Shown here: positions 27,791 to 36,337 of the stretch, piece by piece
Numbering within the stretch: the first letter of the stretch is position 1
How the letters are laid out: each line of letters starts with the position of its first letter
Source: a bacterium
GTDB lineage: Bacteria; Vulcanimicrobiota; Vulcanimicrobiia; Vulcanimicrobiales; SCRA01
Assembly (NCBI GenBank): GCA_004298665.1
Contig: SCQY01000356.1
Coordinates: 17,485 to 81,484, forward strand
Reading direction: 5' to 3'
DNA length: 64,000 nucleotides
Notes under the pieces: generated by a model
The model's database searches: none
Told to the model about the DNA's origin: nothing
Seen by the model: the letters and a program-made list of their open reading frames with translations, nothing else
Position numbers and translations under genes: made by a program

Positions 27791-28243
27791 TGGAGCAGAG
27801 AAGCGCGGCCCGATCCTCAGGGATGCTGCACAGCGCGCCGGGATCAAGCGAAAAGGCCTCTGCCGAATGATAGGCTTCGGTCCAGGCATCGCTCGATGCG
27901 GGCGAAATCGACCGGATAGGGCAGAGGCGCCGCCGGTTCGAACCGCAATGAAATACGGAAAGGCGGCGCCATAATCGAGCGGGACGGGCGAAGCCGGTGG
28001 TTCCGAAACCGCGTAGTTGTGCGGGATGGCTTCGAAAGATTCCGCGCCGACGATCCGGCAGATAGTGGGAAAGTTGGCTCGCATGGGGCGGTCGATCAGA
28101 GCGACCTGCATGTTGTCGCGGTAGACGGCAAAGCGCCGCGCACTGTCCTGTCCCTCCGGACCGATCAAACGTCGCGTCGCCGCAAGCGTCGGGTCCAACA
28201 CGGCTGCGGCAAGGGTGCGCTGCCGCTCAGCTAAACATGGCAT
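27750..28243 (-). pseudogene. DUF2063 (HvfC/BufC-like) protein, frameshifted and truncated
   Basis: The N-terminal part is intact-looking (QRTLAAAVLDP...RRFAVYRDNMQVALI...FPTICRIVGAESFEAIPHNYAVSEPPASPVPLDYGAAFPYFI). Downstream homology (..DFARIER / AWTEAYHSAEAFSLDPGAL) is split over two other frames. Confidence 0.55.
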
Positions 28244-28866
28244 GAGGAGGATCCTTTCGACATACCGCGAGCATGATTATCTCGGCAAGACTGGCTCCGG
28301 CCTGGCGCTCGATCAAACCCGGCACCTTTGCGTTCCACTCGATCAGCGTCGCGCGGCCCCGAACAGTGCGATGGCATGGTGAAACAAGCTACAGACGACA
28401 TCGGCGACCGTCCGGTCATGGCTGTCGATGAGGAACGGCCGGCTTTTCCCATCGAGTTCACACCCATGGTCGGCGACATGAATGTCCTGCACATTAACCA
28501 GCGGAAATTCGTTGATATAGGGTACCGATTCCCATTGGTGGATGCGACATGGACGTTATTGACATCGAGGGGAGGCCCGCACATCATTCGCCGAACGATC
28601 TCGGCGATGAAATCGAGCTCCGAGAAGGTGCTCCCTGCGAAGGAAATACGTCGTCGGATTCTCCGGCGGCTCAGTGCTTCCTGGGTCTCGTCGATATGCG
28701 CCCAGACCCGTGTGAGCGCCTCGGTCGTGTAAGGCATTGGTAACCGGTCATCGAGAAATGCCAAGCTATGCGTCGACCAGGTGAGATGGCCACATCGTGC
28801 GCGACCTCTGGGACCGAACCTTACCCGAAGTGCCTGCGCCTTATGCGAGTACAAACGCCGGAGCAT
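28231..28866 (-). pseudogene. DUF692 (MbnB/BufB-type MNIO enzyme), 5'-truncated and degraded
   Basis: GHLTWS...LPMPYTTEAL...LDVNNVHVAS match DUF692 blocks (EHLSW, LPLPYT, LDVNNxYV). The N-terminal ~90 aa have no counterpart, and the C-terminal half is out of register (low-complexity S/R-rich text). Confidence 0.55.
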
Positions 28867-29523
28867 CAGTGATTTGGTGGATTGAATTCGACGGGTACGT
28901 GGCGCCCAAAACCGGCGATCGCCTATCCTGCCATCACTTTTGCAATATCGATTTTCCGTTGCTTAGCTCGACGCTTTCCGTGAGGTTTGCCCCTAGAGTG
29001 TGTGAGATCGTTCACGCGATTCCGTTAGCCTTCTGCAGAAAGTCTGCTCGCGTCTCCGGTCTGTACAGACGGCTGGTCGAGTTAAGTTCGTGAGATCGGT
29101 ACCCTGAGTTCGTCCCATTCGACGCTGCAGTTCGTGAGTTATCGGCGACGAATCTGCGAAGGGTACTGTCGCGCGTCGCTTCAATCGGTAGTCACAGTCT
29201 GACTGGTTGCAGCCAGATGTCGGATCACCCCAGCGGCTCGGTTTGCGATGTGTGGTTATGTAGTCTGTATCGGTGCGTCATAACGTCTGCAAGTGCGAAC
29301 GCTGGCGTTTGTCAGCTTCGTCCGTCGCGGTTGCATATTCGGCGACCGTAGTTCGCGGCTGGCGGCGCTTGTGGTTTGCCGACCACCCTGCGGTGGTTTG
29401 CGGAGTCGCCCGGTCCATTCTGCGTGCCTCGATCTTCGAAGTTGTTCGCTCGCGAAGGTCGACAAAAATATTTTTCTGCTCCGTCTACTTCCGACGTTTT
29501 CCAAGCGTTTCCGAAAGTGCTGA

Positions 29524-30054
29524 TTGCGCGCCGGAGGGGGTATTGACGAGCCCTTTGTTGATTCGCATGATGATCTCGAAGGTGACGTATGGGAGCGAAT
29601 CGTGCGGGGTACAAACAGCTATACGCGGGCGGAGTGGGACGAATTTTTCCGTGCGCTCGAAGCATTGCCCGAGAAACCTCGGAACAAGCAGCGCCTCACG
29701 GTCAGCGATGCGATGAAAGAGAAGCGCGCGCAGATCGCTGCGACGCAGGCGAAGGGCTACACGCTCGAAGAGATCGTCCAAGAGGCCGAGCGTAAAGGGA
29801 TCGACGTTAGCGTTGGCGCGGTCAAATATGCGCTGTATCGTCCTGCGCCTGCCGATGCGAACTCCGACGTAACCGATACGCGAGGCAGGGGTAGAGGACA
29901 ACCGCAGTCGAGTCGAAAGAAGGCTGAAAAGCGCGCAAGCAATGCGCGTGACGATGCACGACAACAAAGGGAAAGGGGCGTAAATCAGCCGGGATCGATG
30001 CAGATTCAGGACGCGTTCTCGTTTGAGATCAGACCTGATATCGAAAACCTATAG
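29524..30054 (+). CDS. TraK-like (IncP-type oriT-binding accessory) protein
   Basis: Layout resembles RP4 TraK. The mid-region is ...AQIAATQAKGYTLEEIVQEAERKGIDVSVGAVKYAL (compare RP4 ..DVEAALASGYALVTIWEHMRETGKVKFSYETF). A basic low-complexity stretch follows, then the C-terminal F.F...PD...L (AFSFEIRPDIENL). It precedes a TraL-like gene. Confidence 0.45.
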   Translation: MRAGGGIDEPFVDSHDDLEGDVWERIVRGTNSYTRAEWDEFFRALEALPEKPRNKQRLTVSDAMKEKRAQIAATQAKGYTLEEIVQEAERKGIDVSVGAVKYALYRPAPADANSDVTDTRGRGRGQPQSSRKKAEKRASNARDDARQQRERGVNQPGSMQIQDAFSFEIRPDIENL

Positions 30055-30067
30055 CAGGAGGTTTGGC

Positions 30068-30775
30068 ATGGATACGACCCAACCCATATATCTGGTCGGC
30101 GGTAGCAAGGGCGGCGTAGGCAAAAGCATGGTGACGCTTGCTCTCGCAGATCACCTGCAGCGGCGGGACACCCATGCCGTTCTGGTCGAAACGGATACGT
30201 CCAATCCCGATGTCATGAAAGCGCTTCGGGATGAGATGAAATGCGCAGCCTATGACCTCGACGATGCGGATGGCTGGATCGGCTTCGTCAACTTTTGCGA
30301 TACGCACAGGGGTGCCACCGTGATCGTCAACACGGCGGCACGCAATCAGACAGGCGTGGCCCGATACGGCGGGACACTGGCCCGGACGCTCGATGAACTG
30401 GAGCGACAACTCGTCGTGCTGTGGGTGATCAACAGGCAGCGCGACAGTTTAGAGTTGCTGCACATCTTCGGGCAGACGTTCCCCGATACAGTGACGCACG
30501 TCGTTCGCAACGGTTACTTCGGCACGCCCGAGAAATTCGCGCTATATCAGGAATCGCAGCTTCGCAAGTCGATCGAGACGAAGGGACGGTCGCTTGATTT
30601 CCCTGATCTCGCGGATCGGGTTGCCGACGAGTTGCGCAGTCAGCGTATCTCGATCCGCAAGGCGGCAGAGACGATGCAGATCGGGCAGCGCGCGGAGCTG
30701 TTTCGCTGGCGTGAGTTGTGCGATGCCATGTTCTCTAAAGTAATCGGCACCGACGGGCCAGACCATGAGCAATAG
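30068..30775 (+). CDS. TraL-like P-loop NTPase (ParA/MinD superfamily)
   Basis: ATG 30068 follows aggagg. IYLVGGSKGGVGKSMVTLALADHL is a deviant Walker A, as in RP4 TraL (MVLQGKGGVGKSAIAAIIAQY). Then ETDTSNPD. Confidence 0.6.
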   Translation: MDTTQPIYLVGGSKGGVGKSMVTLALADHLQRRDTHAVLVETDTSNPDVMKALRDEMKCAAYDLDDADGWIGFVNFCDTHRGATVIVNTAARNQTGVARYGGTLARTLDELERQLVVLWVINRQRDSLELLHIFGQTFPDTVTHVVRNGYFGTPEKFALYQESQLRKSIETKGRSLDFPDLADRVADELRSQRISIRKAAETMQIGQRAELFRWRELCDAMFSKVIGTDGPDHEQ

Positions 30776-31499
30776 GCGATCAAGGCCCGTCGATCCGCTC
30801 ATCCGCCTATTCCGCGAGGTGTCGGGCGATGTTCCGGACGAAGCCAGCCTGGCCCGCATGCACCGCGTGTCCGGTGCTCTGAATCTACGTGACAACGACG
30901 CGCTATGGGCGATGATTGCTGTGCTCGAATACTACGCACGCCTGTACGAGGCCATGCCCGAACGTATCCGGTGGGCAAGCGAGGGAAGCTTCGAAGCCGC
31001 GCGCCGGGAAGTCGGTGGTGCGACCGATGCATTGATGCAGCAACATCAGGATGCGCTTGAGCGATGCAAGGCGACGATCGAATTGGCGGAGAACCTGATA
31101 AAGGAACATGAGGCTCGGTATCGGGCAGCGCTGGCGAACATGAATGAGACGGCGATGACGGCCTTGATCGAACGCATGTCGAATCGGGTTTCGCGCGTGG
31201 CAGGTAACCGGCTGATCGGTGCGGCGGCGATCTCGGCGCGCGAGCAACGTGAGCGATTGGATGAGAGCATTGGCTCATTCGAGCGGAAGGTCGAGGCGTC
31301 GGCGTCGCGGGCGGAGACGATGGCGACGCGAATGGAAAAGCGCTTCGCGCGCTCGGTGCATCGGCTATTGGTGTTTGGCGGTGCCGCGTTCTGTCTGCTA
31401 CTGGTTATCGGCGGAGGCGCAGATTGGTGGACTGGGGGCCATGTGGCTGGCGCGAACTGTCGTGCAGTGCAGTTCCGGCAGGCAGACGGCAGACCATAA
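30765..31499 (+). CDS. Hypothetical coiled-coil/membrane protein in the TraM position
   Basis: 244 aa. Overlaps the TraL-like stop. C-terminal TM segment (LLVFGGAAFCLLLVIGGGA). No family recognised. Confidence 0.5.
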   Translation: MSNRRSRPVDPLIRLFREVSGDVPDEASLARMHRVSGALNLRDNDALWAMIAVLEYYARLYEAMPERIRWASEGSFEAARREVGGATDALMQQHQDALERCKATIELAENLIKEHEARYRAALANMNETAMTALIERMSNRVSRVAGNRLIGAAAISAREQRERLDESIGSFERKVEASASRAETMATRMEKRFARSVHRLLVFGGAAFCLLLVIGGGADWWTGGHVAGANCRAVQFRQADGRP

Positions 31500-31547
31500 A
31501 GGGCGCTGCCGTCTGATGCGTCGCGCTCTCGGGCGCAAGGGTCTATG

Positions 31548-33290
31548 CTACGCGGTGCGCGAGTCAGTTTGCGCTGAGTTCAGCATAGTGTCAGTTGGGA
31601 AGGGCCACGGCGGCTGTTCAGTGTGGGTAGCGGAAGGCGCTTCCGGGTCGCGAGGTGTGTTGTTAACGTGCTTCTCGCCGTTGCCAGTATCCGACTCAGC
31701 ATCCGCATCGTCGTCGCTCTCTGCACCGCCGCCATCTTCCCCGGTACCGGGGTCGTCCTCATCCTCGTTGTCCTCGCGGATAGCCCACGAGGGCATAGCC
31801 GGGGTATCGCGGTCGGTGAGGATTTCCGGGACCCATGCGATCTTGGCGAGGCGCAGTTCAGCGGCGGCTGCGGCGTCGGCCTTTTTCATTTTTGCGAGAT
31901 CGGCAGCCACCTTCGGTGACACGGCGGCGGACACGACCTCGGCGATGCGAGCCTTGCTGACATGATCGAAATACGTGGCGCGAGTCGCCTTCCAGTACTT
32001 GGTTATATCGAGGTTCAGCGCATCTGCGAGCGCATTGATGGCAAGCGGCTTTTCCTCGCCCGCGATGCCGTCGAGTAGCGTACCGGTGCAGAACGCGAGA
32101 AGATCGAGCAATGTCGTGCCGGGGTCTTGCTGGATCAGCCAAGGGAGCAGATCGGATCGTTTCGCCGGCAGTTCCTCGACCCACCTTGCGCGCTGCGCTT
32201 CGATAGCGCCCCATGCCTGACTCTCGGGCAGGTCGTCTGCCGCACGCAGCAGCCGGTCGTGATTGTTCTCTCCGGACAGTGTCAGATAGTCCGGCGCGGA
32301 CATATTGTCATAGTGCTCGGGCAGCGCCTGCGGGATCAGGTGTCGGAGCAGCGCTGCGAGCGCAATGGTAGGCTGCGCGACCAATTCGGCATGGATGGCG
32401 GCGGCGCGGTGTGCGGTCAGCCGCTGACACAGCTTCGCGCTGTGGACGGGTTTGATCTTCGGAGCCTGTGTGTCCACTCGGTTGGGGGCGTTGGCGGTGG
32501 GCATACCCGTGACGGTCGCACCTGCCGCGTCCAGCGCCGGGCAATTGTCGCGTCGCACGAGGGCCCGCTCAACGGTGAGTTCACCCTGTGAGCCGACGAT
32601 CACGTATGCGCCAGCCTCGGCCATCTGCGACGTATCCCACAGGACGGCGCGGCTTTCGATCGCCGTGATTGCGGCATTCGCCCGCTCAACTTCGAGGTCG
32701 AGGCGTTCGCCTTCTTCGTAGGCGTTTTCATCGTCCTCCGACAGTGCGTCGAGCTTTTCGGCGAGTTCATCACGCTGCGCCGTAAGCGCGTCGATTTCCC
32801 GCTGCTCGTCCTCAGTGTACGGGCGTTGGACCGGTTGCAGTTTGCCGTAGCGGTTCAGTTCCAGCAGGTCGCGCTCGACACGAGTCTCGACCCAGCCCCA
32901 ACCTTCGGCGCGGACTTCCTCGGCGGCTGCATCAAGCTTTTGCGCGACCAAGCGTTGCAGCAGGTCGGCGTCGGCAATGTAGCCCGCGTTTTCGTCGTCA
33001 CTGAACAAATCTCGACGCACATAGCCACCCGCTGCCTCGTAGGCGGCGAGGCCAACGAAACGCACGAGACGGCTTCGGCTCGCGTCGATCTCGGCGCGGG
33101 TGATCGCCTGTCGCAAATAGAGCGGCTGACGCTGCCACTCGTTCGCGTCAAACCAGAGACGTTCCTGGGTTTCGTGGTCATCTGCAAGGGCGAGCGCGGC
33201 CAGTTGGTCGAGCGTGATCGCATCCTCGCGCAGCAGCGCGAGCAGCTTGGGCGATACGTTGGCGAGTTTCATGCGCCGTTTGCGCGCTGC
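31548..33290 (-). pseudogene. ICE/plasmid-type large ParB-family protein, N-terminally truncated
   Basis: Homology-like text starts at KLANVSPKLLALLREDAITLDQLAALALADDHETQERLW... and continues to an acidic tail. The ParB/Srx N-domain is absent. The upstream part of the ORF overlaps the IS66 tnpA fragment in another frame. Confidence 0.5.
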
Positions 33291-33662
33291 GCCACGGACA
33301 TCGCGTCGTTGACGGTCACGACCGGTACGAATGCCGATGGCACTGGCCCGCCAGCCGCCGTCATTGCAGTCCCGGTCGCGCGCTCGCGCAGGTGAATCCA
33401 TTTATGCAGTTGGTTCGCGTTGACGCCGGCCTTCAGCGCAAGCCCGGCAATTGATGCGCCCGGCTGCATACAGGCCTCGATCAGCTTGCGCTTACCTTCC
33501 GGATCAAAGCGTCGCTTGCCGGCGGCGGTCACGCTCGTCACGCGCAGCGGAAAGAAATCAACTTCGTTCTCTGTCATCGGTTGCGTCCGCAAGTTGTGGT
33601 TGCGGACGCAAGCCTGCGCGCATTCAGCCCGGAATTCTAGGTGTGCTTAAATTCGCGCTTAC
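33269..33662 (-). mobile_element. IS66-family remnant: terminal IR (GTAAGCG...) plus 3'-truncated tnpA (orf1)
   Basis: Reverse strand at 33662 begins GTAAGCGCGAATTTAAGCAC (IS66-type IR terminus GTAAGCG). ORF 33269..33592 has ..GKRRFDPEGKRKLIEACMQPGASIAGLALKAGVNANQLHKWI...AFVPVVTV, like IS66 TnpA. No tnpB or tnpC follow. Confidence 0.55.
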
Positions 33663-33667
33663 GGGTA

Positions 33668-34326
33668 AGCCATGATCCCACGACCGATCTTCACGAGGCA
33701 CTCAAGCCCGCGCCAAAGCAACATTACCCGTCGATCACGGATCCAAAGGAAGTCGGCGCACTGATGCGTGCGATTCGGGGCTACACCGGTGGCTTTGAAA
33801 CGAAATGCGCGTTCCTTATCGGTATTCTGACCTTTGTTCGCCCCGGGAACTCCGTAAGGCTGAATGGTCCGAGTTCGACTTTGATCATGCGGAGTGGCGC
33901 ATCTCCGCCAGCAGGATGAAGATGAAAGAGCCGCATGTCGTGCCTTTATCGAAGCAGTCGCTTGCCGTTTTGAAGGAACTCTATTCGGCAACAGGGCATG
34001 GACGGTACGTCTTTCCTAGTGTCAGGACCAGTGCGCGACCGATGAGCGAAAACACCGTCAACGCGGCACTGCGGAGACTCGGCTACACGAGTGAACAAAT
34101 GACGGGTCATGGATTTCGCAGCACCGCCTCGACGTTGTTCAATGAGCAGGGCTGGCCATCCGATGCAATCGAGCGGCAGCTATCTCACGGCGAGCGGGAT
34201 GAGGTGAGGGGTGCTTACAACTTCGCGGAATATCTGCCGCTGCGCAGGAAGATGATGCAGGCGTGGGCTGATTATCTTGAGGCACTTGAACGTAATGTGA
34301 CGACAATTCGCTCGAGGTCCCGGTAG
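33668..34326 (+). pseudogene. P4/CP4-57-type tyrosine integrase, 5'-truncated by the IS66 end and frameshifted
   Basis: Two frames (33641..33919 and 33805..34326) together read ..DPTTDLHEALKPAPKQHYPSITDPKEVGALMRAI...LTFVRPG / ELRKAEWSEFDFDHAEWRISASRMKMKEPHVVPLSKQ...HGFRSTASTLFNEQGW...IERQLSHGERDEVRGAYN. The catalytic R..HxxR..Y box is present, but the N-terminal ~150 aa are missing. Confidence 0.7.
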
Positions 34327-34631
34327 GGCATGCACAATGCATTGGCGTATTGCGATTCCGGCGGCTTTGCGCCGGATCTGCCAGCGCCGCCCGCCTCGGA
34401 AGACTGCTGCTTCGCGTCCGCAACCAGTTCCTTGAGCGCCTCAATGCCAGCGTCCGTGAACGCGGTTACCGAGATCAGCTGTTCCGCGGGGCCGTCCAGA
34501 TCGTCAATGATCCCAAGACATCCGTCCTCGGGCCCCAAGTTCATACTCGCCAGTTCGTCCAGCCACTCCTCCGGCTCTCCGAGCATCTTTGCGACGCAGG
34601 CGACGGTATAGACAAAGCTCGGTGCGGCCAT
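34272..34631 (-). CDS. Hypothetical protein
   Basis: 119-aa ORF with an acidic N-half (GEPEEWLDELASMNLGPEDGCLGIIDDLDG). Its 3' end overlaps the integrase relic. No family recognised. Confidence 0.35.
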   Translation of the reverse strand: MAAPSFVYTVACVAKMLGEPEEWLDELASMNLGPEDGCLGIIDDLDGPAEQLISVTAFTDAGIEALKELVADAKQQSSEAGGAGRSGAKPPESQYANALCMPYRDLERIVVTLRSSASR

Positions 34632-34840
34632 GGTATGAGGTTCTCCTGGTAATCACGAGCCCCAGCCCTATTCTGCCGTTTTTCAATGACGAGCCCTGAT
34701 GTGAGTCCCGCCTCCGACTTCTACGTGGGCCGGCCACGATCGACGATGCGCAGTTACCATTCTCGCTCTTTCGCCGTCAATCAAGCGTGGCGAGTTCTGA
34801 GCGCGCAGATCTCCGATTCGGCCACCTCCGGAACCCGTCA

Positions 34841-35677
34841 TCACGGCGCACACCGTTTCCAGATGCATCGCCAGCCATTGCGCGCGTGAACTGCCTCCGC
34901 CAGGATCGCCAGGTACTGCCCATGATCGACCCGCTCATCCGGCGGCAACTCGGACTCCATATGCCGTTCGAGCGCCGCCTGTCGAGCTTCACGACCCTGC
35001 GTCATCGCGAGAATCCGGCTGTAGGCCTCGCACGCGTATGCAAAGGTTTCGCGCTGATGGAAAGCGATGTCGAGCGGTGTCGGGCATTGCCGACGCTCCG
35101 GCAGACCGATTGATGTCCGACGACAATTGTGCAGTACGTGTGCCGCCTCGTGCACGACGAAATCCGCAAATGGATCGGTCTCGTCGAAGTATGCGAGCGA
35201 CACATAGCAGGTGGTGTCCTGGCTCAACCCGACTAGATCGTCGGCGTTTGAGCCTAACCGGGACGCGCCCAGACTATTTAGATACAGGTTGGCGAGACGC
35301 CACGCGGTCGACAGCCATGGTTCCGCGGTGAGCACATCGACAATGTTGTGGGGCGTGAGGAAAACGACTCCTCGCACGAGCGCGTCGAGCACACAATCCC
35401 GTTCCTGGACGGTGAAAAATCCGTCCACCATGGGGCCAAGCTTGTCTCGCAGCCACGGATCAATCGGTCCCGGCAAGGAGGGCGTTTGTCGCTCGAAACC
35501 ACGCGCCTCGCGCAGTGTTGCGTCTACAAGCGCGGCCCGGAGCCGTTGAGTAGCGTGGGCCGCGGCGTCAACCATGGAGCTTCCCGGCCAGTTGACGAAG
35601 AAGCCATCATAGTCGCCGGTTGCCAGATATTGTCGGACCTGGGCTTCGATCCATAAATGCGAACCGACCTCGGGCAT
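34841..35677 (-). CDS. Hypothetical HExxH protein (putative zinc-dependent peptidase-like)
   Basis: ATG 35677 follows aaggag. It contains DFVVHEAAHVLHNC (HExxH). The longer ORF to 35851 is rejected. Confidence 0.55.
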   Translation of the reverse strand: MPEVGSHLWIEAQVRQYLATGDYDGFFVNWPGSSMVDAAAHATQRLRAALVDATLREARGFERQTPSLPGPIDPWLRDKLGPMVDGFFTVQERDCVLDALVRGVVFLTPHNIVDVLTAEPWLSTAWRLANLYLNSLGASRLGSNADDLVGLSQDTTCYVSLAYFDETDPFADFVVHEAAHVLHNCRRTSIGLPERRQCPTPLDIAFHQRETFAYACEAYSRILAMTQGREARQAALERHMESELPPDERVDHGQYLAILAEAVHARNGWRCIWKRCAP

Positions 35678-35852
35678 GCTCAGGTTTCTCCTTTCATTGC
35701 CACCTCGTTCTGCGGAGCCACCAGGCACTCCGTGCCGAACCACGTTGCACCGGCACCATTCAAAGAGTTCCGGGGAAGGGCAGGGTGTTTCGTTTGGGCC
35801 GTTGTGTGCCTGTAAGGCGTGTTCGGAAGGCAGCCGCGAGCCATTCTTCAAG

Positions 35853-36152
35853 CTACGCGTGGGCTGTTTCCGGCATAGCGGTCAACTTGACGCCAAGCGC
35901 ACGCATCAACTTGAACACGGTTTCGAGTTTTGGCTTGGAACCCGGGGCTAGTGTCTTATGCAGGCTTTCCCGTCCAACACCTGCGTCGGCTGCAACCTTG
36001 GCGATGCCGCGCGCCTTGGCGACATCTGCGATCGCTGCCATGAGCAAATCTGAGTCACCTTCCTCAAGGGCCGCATTGAGGTAAGCGGCGATGACTTCCT
36101 CGCTGTCCAAGTGCTCTGATACGTCGAAGCGGGAGATCTTGACTTTGCTCAT
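35853..36152 (-). CDS. higA: HigA-type addiction-module antidote protein (TIGR02684-like HTH)
   Basis: MSKVKISRFDVSEHLDSEEVIAAYLNAALEEGD...IAKVAADAGVGRESLHKTLAPGSKPKLETVFKLMRALGVKL is the family-typical sequence. Confidence 0.75.
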   Translation of the reverse strand: MSKVKISRFDVSEHLDSEEVIAAYLNAALEEGDSDLLMAAIADVAKARGIAKVAADAGVGRESLHKTLAPGSKPKLETVFKLMRALGVKLTAMPETAHA

Positions 36153-36286
36153 GCCTGCTCCTTGATTGTCTTCCACATGGCCCTGGCGTTCTTGATGTCG
36201 GACTTCTGGGGCGACTCGTCACCACCACACAGAAGTAGGCGGAGAACCCGCTTCAGCCTTCGCTCTTTCGCCAGTTCAAGACCGGA
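36149..36286 (-). pseudogene. 5'-truncated RelE/HigB-type killer (TIGR02683-like) stump
   Basis: My own reverse translation: SGLELAKERRLKRVLRLLLCGGDESPQKSDIKNARAMWKTIKEQA*. This matches the family C-terminus (..vvlLLcGGdKstQ.kDI..A..l..). An in-frame stop lies at 36287-36289 and there is no start codon. The stop overlaps the higA ATG (ATGA). Confidence 0.6.
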
Positions 36287-36337
36287 CTAAAGCGTGCCGA
36301 GCAACTTATTGGCAACGTCCTTGAACACGCCGAATGC

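Noticed and set aside
28993-29184. 63-aa reverse ORF as a possible DUF2282/bufferin precursor upstream of the DUF692 relic
   Set aside because: It has no signal peptide and no Cys-rich EKCYG/CAG-type core, and its sequence is unrelated.
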